In this document: piece by piece, positions 35,532 to 46,200 of the stretch
How the letters are laid out: every line of letters starts with the position of its first letter
Numbering within the stretch: position 1 is the stretch's first letter
IMG/VR virus record: IMGVR_UViG_3300042563_002299
Span: 1-64,000 of that record
Length of the DNA: 64,000 nucleotides
Source: a virus
Reading direction: 5' to 3' (one strand)
The notes under the pieces: model-generated
Databases searched by the model: none
Seen by the model: the letters and a program-made list of their open reading frames with translations, nothing else
What the model was told of the DNA's origin: nothing
Translations under genes and position numbers: made by a program

Positions 35532-38518
35532 TATTGATTACAAAATATTTCAAATTCAATTCCTATGTTTATTTGGAAGTCGTCAAAATTAGGAATACAG
35601 TTATTGTTAAATACAACCACATTTTCATTGTCCACATCAATATTATAACTATAACCTGATGTTAGTAAATTATCTAAAGCGTCTCCCAAAGCATTAACCC
35701 ATTGAGTGTCGGTAGGATATTGACTTGGTCCAATTCCACTGAAGAATCCGTATTGTTGTATTAATACTCCGTTTTGTCTTATATCAACATACCAACTTGA
35801 TGAAACCGTATTTATCGAACACACGGTTGAGTTTAAACCATTTTGAGTAAAGAAGTTTTGTAATGTTTGAGTTAAAACAACACCAAAAGAACTAATTAAC
35901 GGATCACTATTCCAAGGATATAAACCACAAATAACTTCTTGTACAGGACAATCTAAAACATAAAGTTGTGTTGATAAAGTACAAGGTTTACAAGGTACCG
36001 GTATAAATCTACAACCTTCTTGTCTTCTCCAAACAAATTTTTGTCTGTGTAGAACAGAATTTTCTAACCTAACACCAGTGTTCCATATTGTTGTAGCAGG
36101 AACCATTTGTTCTACCATTCTAATCCAATAGTTACCCATACCATTCACATAATCAATCATCGTTTGATATGTGAAATTATCATTTTCAATACCCGCTAAT
36201 TTTTGTGATTCCAAGTATCTCCAATAAATTGATTGTAATGTGGGGTACCCACCTGTTTTACCATCAGTGATTGTTTGTCTATTTCGGACATTAATCATAT
36301 TCCTCCAAAACGTTTGAGCAAACTCAAAGAATGTTTTTTGTTTTGGTTTCGGAACAATTGTTGTCCAATCAATACCACCCAATTTAGGATATGGGTTTGG
36401 TATATCACAAGGTGTTGGTGGTGTATAGAATAACCCTTGTTCAGGTATTGGGAAGTTATATTGACGAGACATTGTCCATACATCATAAACCAAACCTTGA
36501 GCCGGGTTCATCATAATATCAACATTCTTAACATTCAATGTTAAACATTCTTCCCCCACCTCATAATAAGAATTAAATCCACCCTCAAAACTTGTTCTTA
36601 AAGTTGGGTCTGAATCAGTCCAACTCTTTTTATTATCGGCAACTCTTCTTAACTTAAACCCTAAGTTCAAATAAGGGAATTGTCTGTATCGTTGTAAATA
36701 TTCTTCACCGTAATTAAATGGTAATAGTTGAGTTTGATAATTTGGGTTATTACCTGTAAATAATAAATTTGTTGGTACCGCAAACTCAGGCATTCTGTGT
36801 TGTGGTGTGGACTCAAACCATCCCCCACCAATTTGGAAGTAATATGTTTCAGATGCGGTTGGCATTTGAGGACAACCGAACGCGTCAACAGGATAATCAC
36901 CTCTATCCGTTAAAACATTAGAATTAACCGAAAATGTTGTGAATCCCGTATATTGAACCCCTTGAATGTAGAATATATTATCACCTTGTAATACGGGTAA
37001 TTGTAAACTTATCGTACCACCTGTAATTTGGAAGTATTGTTTTTCAAACTCCCTCATGTTGATTCGTTGATCCGCAACATAGATGTATTCATTAAAATCA
37101 ATCAACGCTTCAGGTGCACCAACCATTCTTAATAAACACTCAATAGATTTTCTTGTACCTTTTGATTTAAAAAGGTAAGCTGAGTTTAATATTAAGTTCC
37201 TATAGAACTGATAGTTGATCTCTTCAGGTGTTGGTCCGATTTGTAAACCAGGGAATGTATTAGGTTGTGTTGAGAATACCGCCTGTAGTAACTCCTCATT
37301 GGATATTGGTGAGAAATTTGTGGTCCAACCCAAAGTTTGAGCCAAGTTTTTCAATAATTGTGATGGTATATCGTTCTGTACGGTATAATGAACACTATTA
37401 ATATTACCTAAAGCCGATATGAAAGATTTTGTCTCATCGAAACTTCTTCCATAAATCTGTAATAATTTTTCGAATTTTTGGTCAGGTGTATCAAACTCTT
37501 TTAATGCTCCTGTTGTAAAAAATCTTGAAATTAAGTTTGTATTATATTGATCTAAATTGATCGCAAAGTCATTAATCTGTGTTAAGTAGTTATCAAAACT
37601 TGATGTGATGATATCTAAGTTCCAAATACCCGCTTTAGGGAATGTTGCATACTCACTTGAGATCGCAAATGAACCATCTTCCAATTCTTTTGGTACAACA
37701 AACTTAGCTGTGTAAGCCGGTGTTATTTGTCTGTTAAGCAAAAAGTTCTCAACCGGATCAAACTTAAGATTAAACACTTTATTAACCTCAAAGTCATTTG
37801 GTCTAATTACCAAATAATCATAAGATATTTGATTACCACTAAATGGATTTCCATCAACAATGATTTTTAAACTAGTTGAACTACTATCGGTAGGGTATAA
37901 ATAATTAAGAGGGTATTGTTGTCCGTTAATGAATAGAATATATTTTTTATACTCTAATTTCATATTTCTTAATATTGAAACCTCATTTTCACTAAACCTC
38001 ATGTTGGTTTCAGCGTTTTGTGAGTAATCAATATCAAAAGGGTTTCTTATTGAAGATAATAAAATCTCTAATGTTGTATCATTTTCAATAGAATCATAAC
38101 TTATATTGAATGCGGTTTCTTGGTTAATGAATTTGTCCGTTTGTGGTGCAATTTCTAAACCAGCGGGAAAGAAGTTAATTATCTTTGTTATTGAGACCGA
38201 AAATCTTTTAACTAATGAACCATATTGGGTAAAGTTTGTTACCTGACTTAAATCGTAATTAGGATAAACTCGGTAGTTTGCCGCTAATATTTCTGCGGAC
38301 TCTACGTTTGTATCAATATTAATAGATTCTAAATTGATAGGATCAGAAAATGTACCTATCGTAAAAGTTCTATTCTGTTTTTCGGTAATGTTTGTTGTGA
38401 AATTAAAATTCGCTTGTGTCAAACCTCCGCCAGCAACAAGTTGTACCCCAACTAAATTGTTAGAGAATTGATTTGCTGCACTACTTTGAGGCGGACAAGT
38501 AAATTTCTGTGTTGCCAT
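35531..38518 (-). CDS. baseplate wedge/tail structural protein
   Basis: LAQTLGW..YRNLILN..LFKSKGTRKSIE motif typical of baseplate wedge proteins; context. Confidence 0.6.
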   Translation of the reverse strand: MATQKFTCPPQSSAANQFSNNLVGVQLVAGGGLTQANFNFTTNITEKQNRTFTIGTFSDPINLESINIDTNVESAEILAANYRVYPNYDLSQVTNFTQYGSLVKRFSVSITKIINFFPAGLEIAPQTDKFINQETAFNISYDSIENDTTLEILLSSIRNPFDIDYSQNAETNMRFSENEVSILRNMKLEYKKYILFINGQQYPLNYLYPTDSSSTSLKIIVDGNPFSGNQISYDYLVIRPNDFEVNKVFNLKFDPVENFLLNRQITPAYTAKFVVPKELEDGSFAISSEYATFPKAGIWNLDIITSSFDNYLTQINDFAINLDQYNTNLISRFFTTGALKEFDTPDQKFEKLLQIYGRSFDETKSFISALGNINSVHYTVQNDIPSQLLKNLAQTLGWTTNFSPISNEELLQAVFSTQPNTFPGLQIGPTPEEINYQFYRNLILNSAYLFKSKGTRKSIECLLRMVGAPEALIDFNEYIYVADQRINMREFEKQYFQITGGTISLQLPVLQGDNIFYIQGVQYTGFTTFSVNSNVLTDRGDYPVDAFGCPQMPTASETYYFQIGGGWFESTPQHRMPEFAVPTNLLFTGNNPNYQTQLLPFNYGEEYLQRYRQFPYLNLGFKLRRVADNKKSWTDSDPTLRTSFEGGFNSYYEVGEECLTLNVKNVDIMMNPAQGLVYDVWTMSRQYNFPIPEQGLFYTPPTPCDIPNPYPKLGGIDWTTIVPKPKQKTFFEFAQTFWRNMINVRNRQTITDGKTGGYPTLQSIYWRYLESQKLAGIENDNFTYQTMIDYVNGMGNYWIRMVEQMVPATTIWNTGVRLENSVLHRQKFVWRRQEGCRFIPVPCKPCTLSTQLYVLDCPVQEVICGLYPWNSDPLISSFGVVLTQTLQNFFTQNGLNSTVCSINTVSSSWYVDIRQNGVLIQQYGFFSGIGPSQYPTDTQWVNALGDALDNLLTSGYSYNIDVDNENVVVFNNNCIPNFDDFQINIGIEFEIFCNQ

Positions 38519-39423
38519 TAAGCTGTGATATTGTTAAATGCTTTAGAGAAGTCGATATTTTCACCACGATTTTGTCTAACCTCATAAAGAAGAGAGTTAA
38601 ACTGATCTTTAATTTCATACAAGTTGTATTGTTGATAGATGTTATTATCAGCATCGTAAATAGTGTAGATACCGTCCTCAATAGATTTAGTTTGATTACC
38701 GTAAAGTGCAATTGCAAGTGTTGAAATGTCTTGATCAACAATTTCAATTTCAGTACTTATAGGGTTGAAGTATGTATTTGAAATAATGATACTTTGGTTT
38801 GGTTGACCTATAAATGGTGTTGCACTTGGTTTGTTAGTAGGTGATGATGAAGGTGATAACGTACAAAATAGTAGGTTTGTTGCTCCCTCAACATAAGCAT
38901 ATCTAATAGATTTTTGAATTGTGTTTGTTAGGTTTTGTACCACAGGTTCACAATAGAACGATGAAGTAATGATCCTAAAAAAGTTAGGTATTTTAGTCCC
39001 ATCAGGATTTAAATATTCAACTCTAAAACCAACTAACCCCTGATTAACGAATTTGTTTCTATATTCAACTGGAACGTTATTAAGGTCAATCACAAGACCC
39101 TTTACATTTGGTAATGCCGATAAGACACCACAATCAGTAATTGTTGTTCTGATTTGTGCCGGTCTAATCATTAGAGTATAAATCCCTAATTTGTTAAATT
39201 GGTCTGCCGGTAGTTTAAGGTTATATAAACCACCTAATATTTCAACACTACTTCCACCTGTATTGGCGTTATTGAAGTATGGTCTCAACACATCTTGAGC
39301 ATTCAAAGTTGTTAGTGTGAAGTTCTGAGTATCGTCTCTTGATTCTGTATAAACCACTACGATCTCAACGTCTTCAGGACTAACGTCTGATGGTCTTATA
39401 GTTCCGTAATTACCTGTTGCCAT
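38518..39423 (-). CDS. putative structural protein
   Basis: 301 aa; TATAAATA at 39445-39452; context. Confidence 0.6.
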   Translation of the reverse strand: MATGNYGTIRPSDVSPEDVEIVVVYTESRDDTQNFTLTTLNAQDVLRPYFNNANTGGSSVEILGGLYNLKLPADQFNKLGIYTLMIRPAQIRTTITDCGVLSALPNVKGLVIDLNNVPVEYRNKFVNQGLVGFRVEYLNPDGTKIPNFFRIITSSFYCEPVVQNLTNTIQKSIRYAYVEGATNLLFCTLSPSSSPTNKPSATPFIGQPNQSIIISNTYFNPISTEIEIVDQDISTLAIALYGNQTKSIEDGIYTIYDADNNIYQQYNLYEIKDQFNSLLYEVRQNRGENIDFSKAFNNITA

Positions 39424-39453
39424 TTTTAATCTTTTTTCCTTTTTTATAAATAG

Positions 39454-40629
39454 TTATGTGGACACTTTTTCAACATTAAAATATTTGTATCCGTATTTTT
39501 CTAAATCACCCACATTATCGACTTCACCTAACCTCATCACATTTTCCAATGCAGTATATTTGCCTCGTTCAATAAAGACATTTGTTATAATTTCGGGTTC
39601 GTCAATAACATTTAATAATGCCTCATTCTTTGTTAGAGCACTTAAAACTAAATCACCTGGTACTAAACCATACGAATCAACTACATAAATTGTATAGTCC
39701 TCGTAATCAAAATAGTTTACACCATTGATCGTATAAGCCGAATACGACCCTGTTGGGTCAACACCCCAATATGTTCCTATCGAACCTGTGTTTCCTGTAA
39801 CCTGAATACCTAATTTATATTTCCCGCCAGCCAAGTTTATCTTTGGTCCGTATTGTGATAAATCATTAAGTGTTGATTCAGTAAATCCTGTAATAACAAA
39901 TGGTACCGAAGTATAGTTGTAAGAGTAATAATCAGTCACATCGGTATTTGAATCACCTGTGAATATATAGTCGTAACTTATTGGTGTTGCAGACCAACTA
40001 CCGCCAGCAGGATAAAACACAATATTACCCTGTGGATTTGTTATTGTTACATTTGAATATGGTACTGTTACGGGTTTCTCAACTTTAGATATACCCCAAG
40101 GCGAATTAGCCGTTAGAGTAATTGTGTAGTTGTTTGATGCCGTCGGGTAGATGTGAGTTAAAGGTGTAATACCAACAACCGATTGTTGTGGTGACCCATC
40201 ACCCCAATCCAAAGTATAGGTCGATAATTGTAAAAACTTAATAAACTCTAAATCGGAAGTATTATAAAAAGTATATGTATACGGATTTATAGTATTAGCC
40301 GTAGCGATAAAATTATTTAATACATCCGCCTGTAACATTAAACCATCAGTTGGGGTGTAATAACCCAAATCAACCGCAGATTCAGTTAACATAATATTAA
40401 CTGAAAGTCCTGTTAAGAACGATGTTCCACCTGTGTTACCCGATAAAATATAATCCATAGGTAGATAAACACCAGTTGTTCCTGTTGTAGTTGCACTTAT
40501 TGTTGTTTCGGTTAAACAACAAGGATCAATAATAGTGGTAATATCTGTTTCCCCTGTGTATGGAACAAATACAAGATCACTCTTGATGTTTTCGGGTGAA
40601 ATAATAAACTTATATTCTTGTAATTCCAT
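39454..40629 (-). CDS. putative structural protein with PKD-like domain
   Basis: YTLDWGDGS..THIY..NYTITLTA. Confidence 0.65.
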   Translation of the reverse strand: MELQEYKFIISPENIKSDLVFVPYTGETDITTIIDPCCLTETTISATTTGTTGVYLPMDYILSGNTGGTSFLTGLSVNIMLTESAVDLGYYTPTDGLMLQADVLNNFIATANTINPYTYTFYNTSDLEFIKFLQLSTYTLDWGDGSPQQSVVGITPLTHIYPTASNNYTITLTANSPWGISKVEKPVTVPYSNVTITNPQGNIVFYPAGGSWSATPISYDYIFTGDSNTDVTDYYSYNYTSVPFVITGFTESTLNDLSQYGPKINLAGGKYKLGIQVTGNTGSIGTYWGVDPTGSYSAYTINGVNYFDYEDYTIYVVDSYGLVPGDLVLSALTKNEALLNVIDEPEIITNVFIERGKYTALENVMRLGEVDNVGDLEKYGYKYFNVEKVST

Positions 40630-41432
40630 TATGGATTAACGTATTCGTACCATTTTATCGGTGTTAAAGAATCACCAACCCTTAAGTTGGTTGATGTTGA
40701 GAACACTTCGTATGTTTTGTTGTTATAATTTAAATCTACTCTATAATAGAAATATGTTGAGTTATCAAAAGTGAATTTATCAGGTATGATTAAATTTTGT
40801 CGGGTATTGGTCATTCTCTTAAAAACACCGGTTCTTGCATCAAAGAAACTTGCCGTCATATAAAATTCATCGATATTAATCACCTCACGACTTCTTAACC
40901 AATAAATGAAAAACCCTTCTTTATCACCAATATAATCTAAAACCATTTTTGGTTTCTTAATCTCAACAGGTGGAACCAAAGGTGATAAAACCACCGTTTC
41001 TGTTCTACCTTGTTGTACCGGTAAAATAATCGATAAATAAAGTTGTTGTGTCTTTTCGTTATCACTATCAAACAAATCCAACTTAAAAAACGATTTAATA
41101 AATGGTTTAGCGTAATAATATACTTGTTCTGTGGTAAATCCGAGATCTAAATATGAATTATCCCAAGACCCTACGGTTGTTGCCGTAATTGGTTGTGAGT
41201 AATCATAAAAGTAAAATTCGTAATCAATCGCCGAATCTAAATTAGGAAATACATTATGTGCAAACCTTGATATTTCAAAGTCGGTCGCGGTTCCAATAAC
41301 TTGTTTTAAGATAGTTGTCTCGTATTCTGTGATCGCTTCATCTCTACCAGTAAAATCCCATTGCATATTAATTGGGATATTAATAGATTGGTCTAAATCT
41401 GTTTTTAATATTTTTACTTTATTCGCATTCAT
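40629..41432 (-). CDS. putative structural protein
   Basis: 267 aa, coupled in the operon. Confidence 0.6.
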   Translation of the reverse strand: MNANKVKILKTDLDQSINIPINMQWDFTGRDEAITEYETTILKQVIGTATDFEISRFAHNVFPNLDSAIDYEFYFYDYSQPITATTVGSWDNSYLDLGFTTEQVYYYAKPFIKSFFKLDLFDSDNEKTQQLYLSIILPVQQGRTETVVLSPLVPPVEIKKPKMVLDYIGDKEGFFIYWLRSREVINIDEFYMTASFFDARTGVFKRMTNTRQNLIIPDKFTFDNSTYFYYRVDLNYNNKTYEVFSTSTNLRVGDSLTPIKWYEYVNP

Positions 41433-43212
41433 CTACTAATGGATCCTCAATTGTGTTTATGTTCTGTGGAACTTTACCTATTTGTGCGTAATCACTTGGT
41501 ATGTTAAAATCTTCAGGTGTTATCCTAAAAATCGTATTAACGTATGGATAATGACCCCCATTCATAAATGGAAAATCAATACCAATACCTTCATTATCTA
41601 TAAAACCATATGGATATAAATCCCTCCATCTAAACAATGCGTTTGTTGTGGAGTAATATGCGTAAGGTGGAATACCAACTACACTTGTTGAACTTCCTTC
41701 CTCAATATAATCGGAGAATGCTCCGATTTGAATTGGATTATGTGGTTGATAAAAATACCCTATTTGATTACTACTATTTAACCCATTATCAACGATTGCA
41801 AACCAATTTTGGTTGAATTTTATTTTGTGTTGATAAGTTGATATAACTCTTTCTAACTGATTGAAGTTATTCCATTCACAAAAATCTCCGTCGATTGTGT
41901 CACCTGATGATAATAATTGATTGTAAAAAAACGGTCCTGTCCCAACCAAAGAATTGTATTGTCCTTGTGGTATATTTGTATTTGAATTGGGGTTATTTTG
42001 ATCCCACCAAGTTTGGGGTTTTTTGTTCTGTAAAAACGTATTAAAGTCCCAACCTTGTTTCATATTTCTTGTCCACCCAAAATAACCTCTCCAAATTGTC
42101 GTAAAAAATAATTCAGTTAGTGGTCTGTTTTGATTATCTATTAATCCACTTATATTGATATCACAATTGAATGATAATGTGTAGGACCTACTACCTTCTT
42201 TAACAGATGTTCTTTGTTTTTCATTTGGTGTTAGAACTTTTATCTCACATTTCTTTTTATCACCATAGATGTTTCTTTCAAAACCGGCATTAACTAAAAC
42301 AGCACAATTAGGGTCAGTAATGATTTTGTGTTTACGAATATAATATTGACTTACCGTGTCCGCAGAATTAGCGGCATTTATTACCCTCCTAAATGTCCCT
42401 TGAGTGTTTGTTTGGAATGTCGTACCAGTATATCCAACATTTCGTATGTTGAAGATGTATTCATCAGATCCTGACCCTCCATCACCCAAACTAGTTACTT
42501 GGAACATTTGGTTTCCGTTGTAATTTACAGATAGATAAACATATTCTCCAACCGTTAACCCGTGTTTCATTGGTGTCTTGAATACTATATTATTACGTAA
42601 AGTATTTGATCCTACCACAATATAATATGGTATCCCATTCGATGCGACCCAACTCCAAGTTATATTTGTGTCCGGTTCTACGGTAAATAAAGTTTTGGTG
42701 AAATCATTTGCGTAAGCATAACTTATATAATGAGACCAGTTATAGGTCGTTGCACTTACACTTTTAAAGTTTAAGTGATTACTTGGTGGTTGAGTATAAC
42801 CCACAACACTATTATCCGTCCTGATGAAATCAAATTCAGAGTATTGTGGTAGACCTTCCCACGGCACACTTTGATCTGTCGCAAATGGGGGTTGATTACC
42901 TTGATAATAGTAGTTTTGAGCATTACCTACCGCGTTAGTATAATATAAGTTATCTCTATATGGAACATAAGTAGTTTCACCTGAAATTGCGTTCTCAAAT
43001 AAGATTGTGAACTTGGTGACCGGTCTAAATATGGTTGACGCTTGTCGTTCTTCTTCAAATACATTTACCAAATTTAAATCAACACTTCTGTCATATTCAA
43101 TTAAATCTTTACTTGTTTGACTGAACGGTATGTTTATAAACTGATCGGTTCTCGGTGCGGATTTATATCTCTGTGTTGACGATATTATTCTTTCTGTTGG
43201 ATCTACGGTCAT
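41419..43212 (-). CDS. putative structural protein
   Basis: 597 aa, coupled in the operon. Confidence 0.6.
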   Translation of the reverse strand: MTVDPTERIISSTQRYKSAPRTDQFINIPFSQTSKDLIEYDRSVDLNLVNVFEEERQASTIFRPVTKFTILFENAISGETTYVPYRDNLYYTNAVGNAQNYYYQGNQPPFATDQSVPWEGLPQYSEFDFIRTDNSVVGYTQPPSNHLNFKSVSATTYNWSHYISYAYANDFTKTLFTVEPDTNITWSWVASNGIPYYIVVGSNTLRNNIVFKTPMKHGLTVGEYVYLSVNYNGNQMFQVTSLGDGGSGSDEYIFNIRNVGYTGTTFQTNTQGTFRRVINAANSADTVSQYYIRKHKIITDPNCAVLVNAGFERNIYGDKKKCEIKVLTPNEKQRTSVKEGSRSYTLSFNCDINISGLIDNQNRPLTELFFTTIWRGYFGWTRNMKQGWDFNTFLQNKKPQTWWDQNNPNSNTNIPQGQYNSLVGTGPFFYNQLLSSGDTIDGDFCEWNNFNQLERVISTYQHKIKFNQNWFAIVDNGLNSSNQIGYFYQPHNPIQIGAFSDYIEEGSSTSVVGIPPYAYYSTTNALFRWRDLYPYGFIDNEGIGIDFPFMNGGHYPYVNTIFRITPEDFNIPSDYAQIGKVPQNINTIEDPLVDECE

Positions 43213-43214
43213 TA

Positions 43215-46200
43215 TTAATCAGTTGTTGCTACGTAAAGTTTATAGAACCTGTCTACCGCTGTTTTACCATTATTCAAACCAAAATAGAAGTGGTATGGTG
43301 CTCCAACAACAACTGCTTGTTGATTAGATCCGATTGGTTGTCCTTGTATAATACTATTAATTGATGGTTGAGCATCTGGCACGTTATTAACATAATTTGA
43401 AATGTAACCTAACTTAGTTGTTTGGGTAATGTATTTTTCTTGTAAAGTATTAAAGTCAAGATCTTGGTATTTCTTACTAAAGAACCCTCCACTATAAACA
43501 TTATCAGTAAGCCAGTTGTTATCTTCAGTTCCAAAGATGTTCATAGTAGGGTTACTTTGCTTTAAAGACCATTTGTAATGAGGAACAACTTGAGATTTAG
43601 AGTAACCAAATTTTTCCTGAATTAATGGGGAGTTACTGTATGTTTGAATACCCGGTGATTCAATTTTTCTGTAGTTTAAGTTTTGTAATGGTGTTTGGAA
43701 GAACACACCGAATACCGGTTTAATGTCCGCATTTGACGGATAAGAAGCCGGATAATAGTTATCACCGAAGAAAATATAATTATTACTTGGTACGTTCTCA
43801 CTAATGAATGGTAATACTTTCCACTCCGAATTAATTGATAACATCTGAGCCCAATCACCATCAATTCTATAACCACCTCTTGTACTGTTAAAGAACTGTA
43901 TAATACCTTTACCTTCACTTGAGTCACCACCAGTACTAACAGGTATCATTCTTTGTCTAACCCCTTCATTTAAAATTCTCGATAAGAACCCTAATTGGAT
44001 TAGATCAGAATTATCTTGGTATGATGTCGCTTTTAATTGATCCGCGTAGTAAGATCCAAAACCATCAATACCACTACAACAAATCTCATTAATAAAACTA
44101 TCTCTTGGCCCTAAATCAACTACCGTTGTTGGGAATTGAATTTGTTTTTTATTGTACCCAAAACCAGGAAAATCTTTAAGACTTTGTGGGGTAAAAGGAC
44201 TTATTGATGGTGAATTTTTACCAATAAAGTCATTACCATTCCATGGAGATGACCTATAATAGAAACTATTTGACAAATCATTAAATACAACAACATCTTC
44301 ACAGTAATTGTAATTTGGTTGTAGGTTAGGTCCGAATGTTGTACTCTTATTAAAGTTAAACATATATAAAGACCCATTTAACCAGTTGTTTTGGAACACC
44401 TGTGAAAACACTCCTCTACAAGCAGCAAAGTTCATTGTAAATCTAACTTTCCACTCTAAGAATAATCTAGCATCATCACCATATTGTGCTAAGTATGTTT
44501 TATTTAATAAACAATAACAACCATTAACCATTCTGTTAACAGGTATTGAACATTGATCAGGAGGAATAACCCCAACATTACTTCCTGATCCACTATAACA
44601 TTCCAAAGGAACCATACCTTCACAAGTTAAAGTATTTGTCAAACCTGAAACAAATGAATCCTCATCTTGTTGATCACCCGTTGGTAAATCCACACCTGCC
44701 GATATTGTAGGTTCCGTTTGAATACCTGAAGCATTATAAGCGGTAAAATTGTTATTTTGGTGTAAAGCATAACCAGTTCTATTCTGAACACCATTTTCAA
44801 TTTTAGTTGATGTTGGTAATCGGTCACTTCTCATTACGATATTTGTACTTTGGAATGTAACAGGTGTTAATCCGTATCTATAATAAGCTGGTGAATATAA
44901 AACTGATAGGTTACCTCCAACATTAACGTTATTAAACCAACCACTTTGAGTGTTGTAATATTGCCCTTTCTGACAATCTTGATTACATGAACCACCCGAA
45001 TTGGTGTATATTGTTTTTGTAAATGTTAATTGATCTAAATTCCAAGCTAAGAATGCATTACCACCAACATATTGAGTTGGCGCAGATTGTTGTTGTGGTA
45101 TCGTATAATTAGATGAACCCAAAACTTGATATAAATTACCACCTGTTGTTAGTTGTGATGTGTTCTGCCAAGTAGGAAATACTGGTGTGTAAGAACCAAT
45201 ATTAGTAACATTGGTATCGTCAGTACATAAATAATAATAAGGTAAGTTAGAGGTAAACGCCGTAAACTTAGTCGTATCAGGTGTGAACGCAAATGATGGG
45301 AAATATAAGTTAGAAACGTTATTGTTAGCACTTACGTGACTCACAGGTTTATTGCCTGAAGCAAAAGAACTATAACCCTGTATTGGTCTATTCAAATAAT
45401 ACGAACCTTCAATCTGAACCGACCCAAAAGATGAGAAACCAAATATTTTAGATACATCGTATTTAATAGTTTGTTTTGGTGTGAATGGGTCTACACCTCT
45501 AACAAAAATACAAATTTCATAACCTTCCCAACCTTGCATCAACGTAACTACGTTATTTACTGTCCAAGAACTAAATGCTGTCGGGTCACCTACCGGACAG
45601 TCAGGTGTTAAAATAGTAACATCATGTCTTAAGTAGTTGTTAGGATAATACCCAGTGGTTAACTGATCAATTCCGATGAATTCATTAACGGTAAGTCCTG
45701 TTATAAGTTGGAAGTACTCAATGTCGGTTGCAAACTGCAAATAAGCCTCCTCCAAATTTGGATTACCAACAACAGGTAATTGACTAACTTGTGGTAGATC
45801 AAGTACTATGTTCGCACTTAAGTTAACTTGTGGGTTTGCAGGATTAGCATATTGCACTAAAACCGGTACTGAATTTCCTATTAGTGTTGTTCCTGTAATT
45901 GAATTAGTGTTGAACTGATTAAGTGTTGCCCCTGTTAAATTAAGTAAACGATTTGAGGATTGTGCGTCGGTGTAATTTGGGTCTTGGAATGAACACACAT
46001 TTCCAATTCCGATTTGACCTATCGCACCAGGGCTCATTAAAACAACAACCACTTGATCCGTAAATGGTTGTGAGTTTAGAGAAGGATTCACCGTTGTTTG
46101 TATTTGATTATATGCTCCTCCTGTATTGAAATATTTATCTCTTGTATTGAAGTCGTTTAATTGTTGTGGGAATGTTTTTGAGGTTGGGTACGCAAAATAT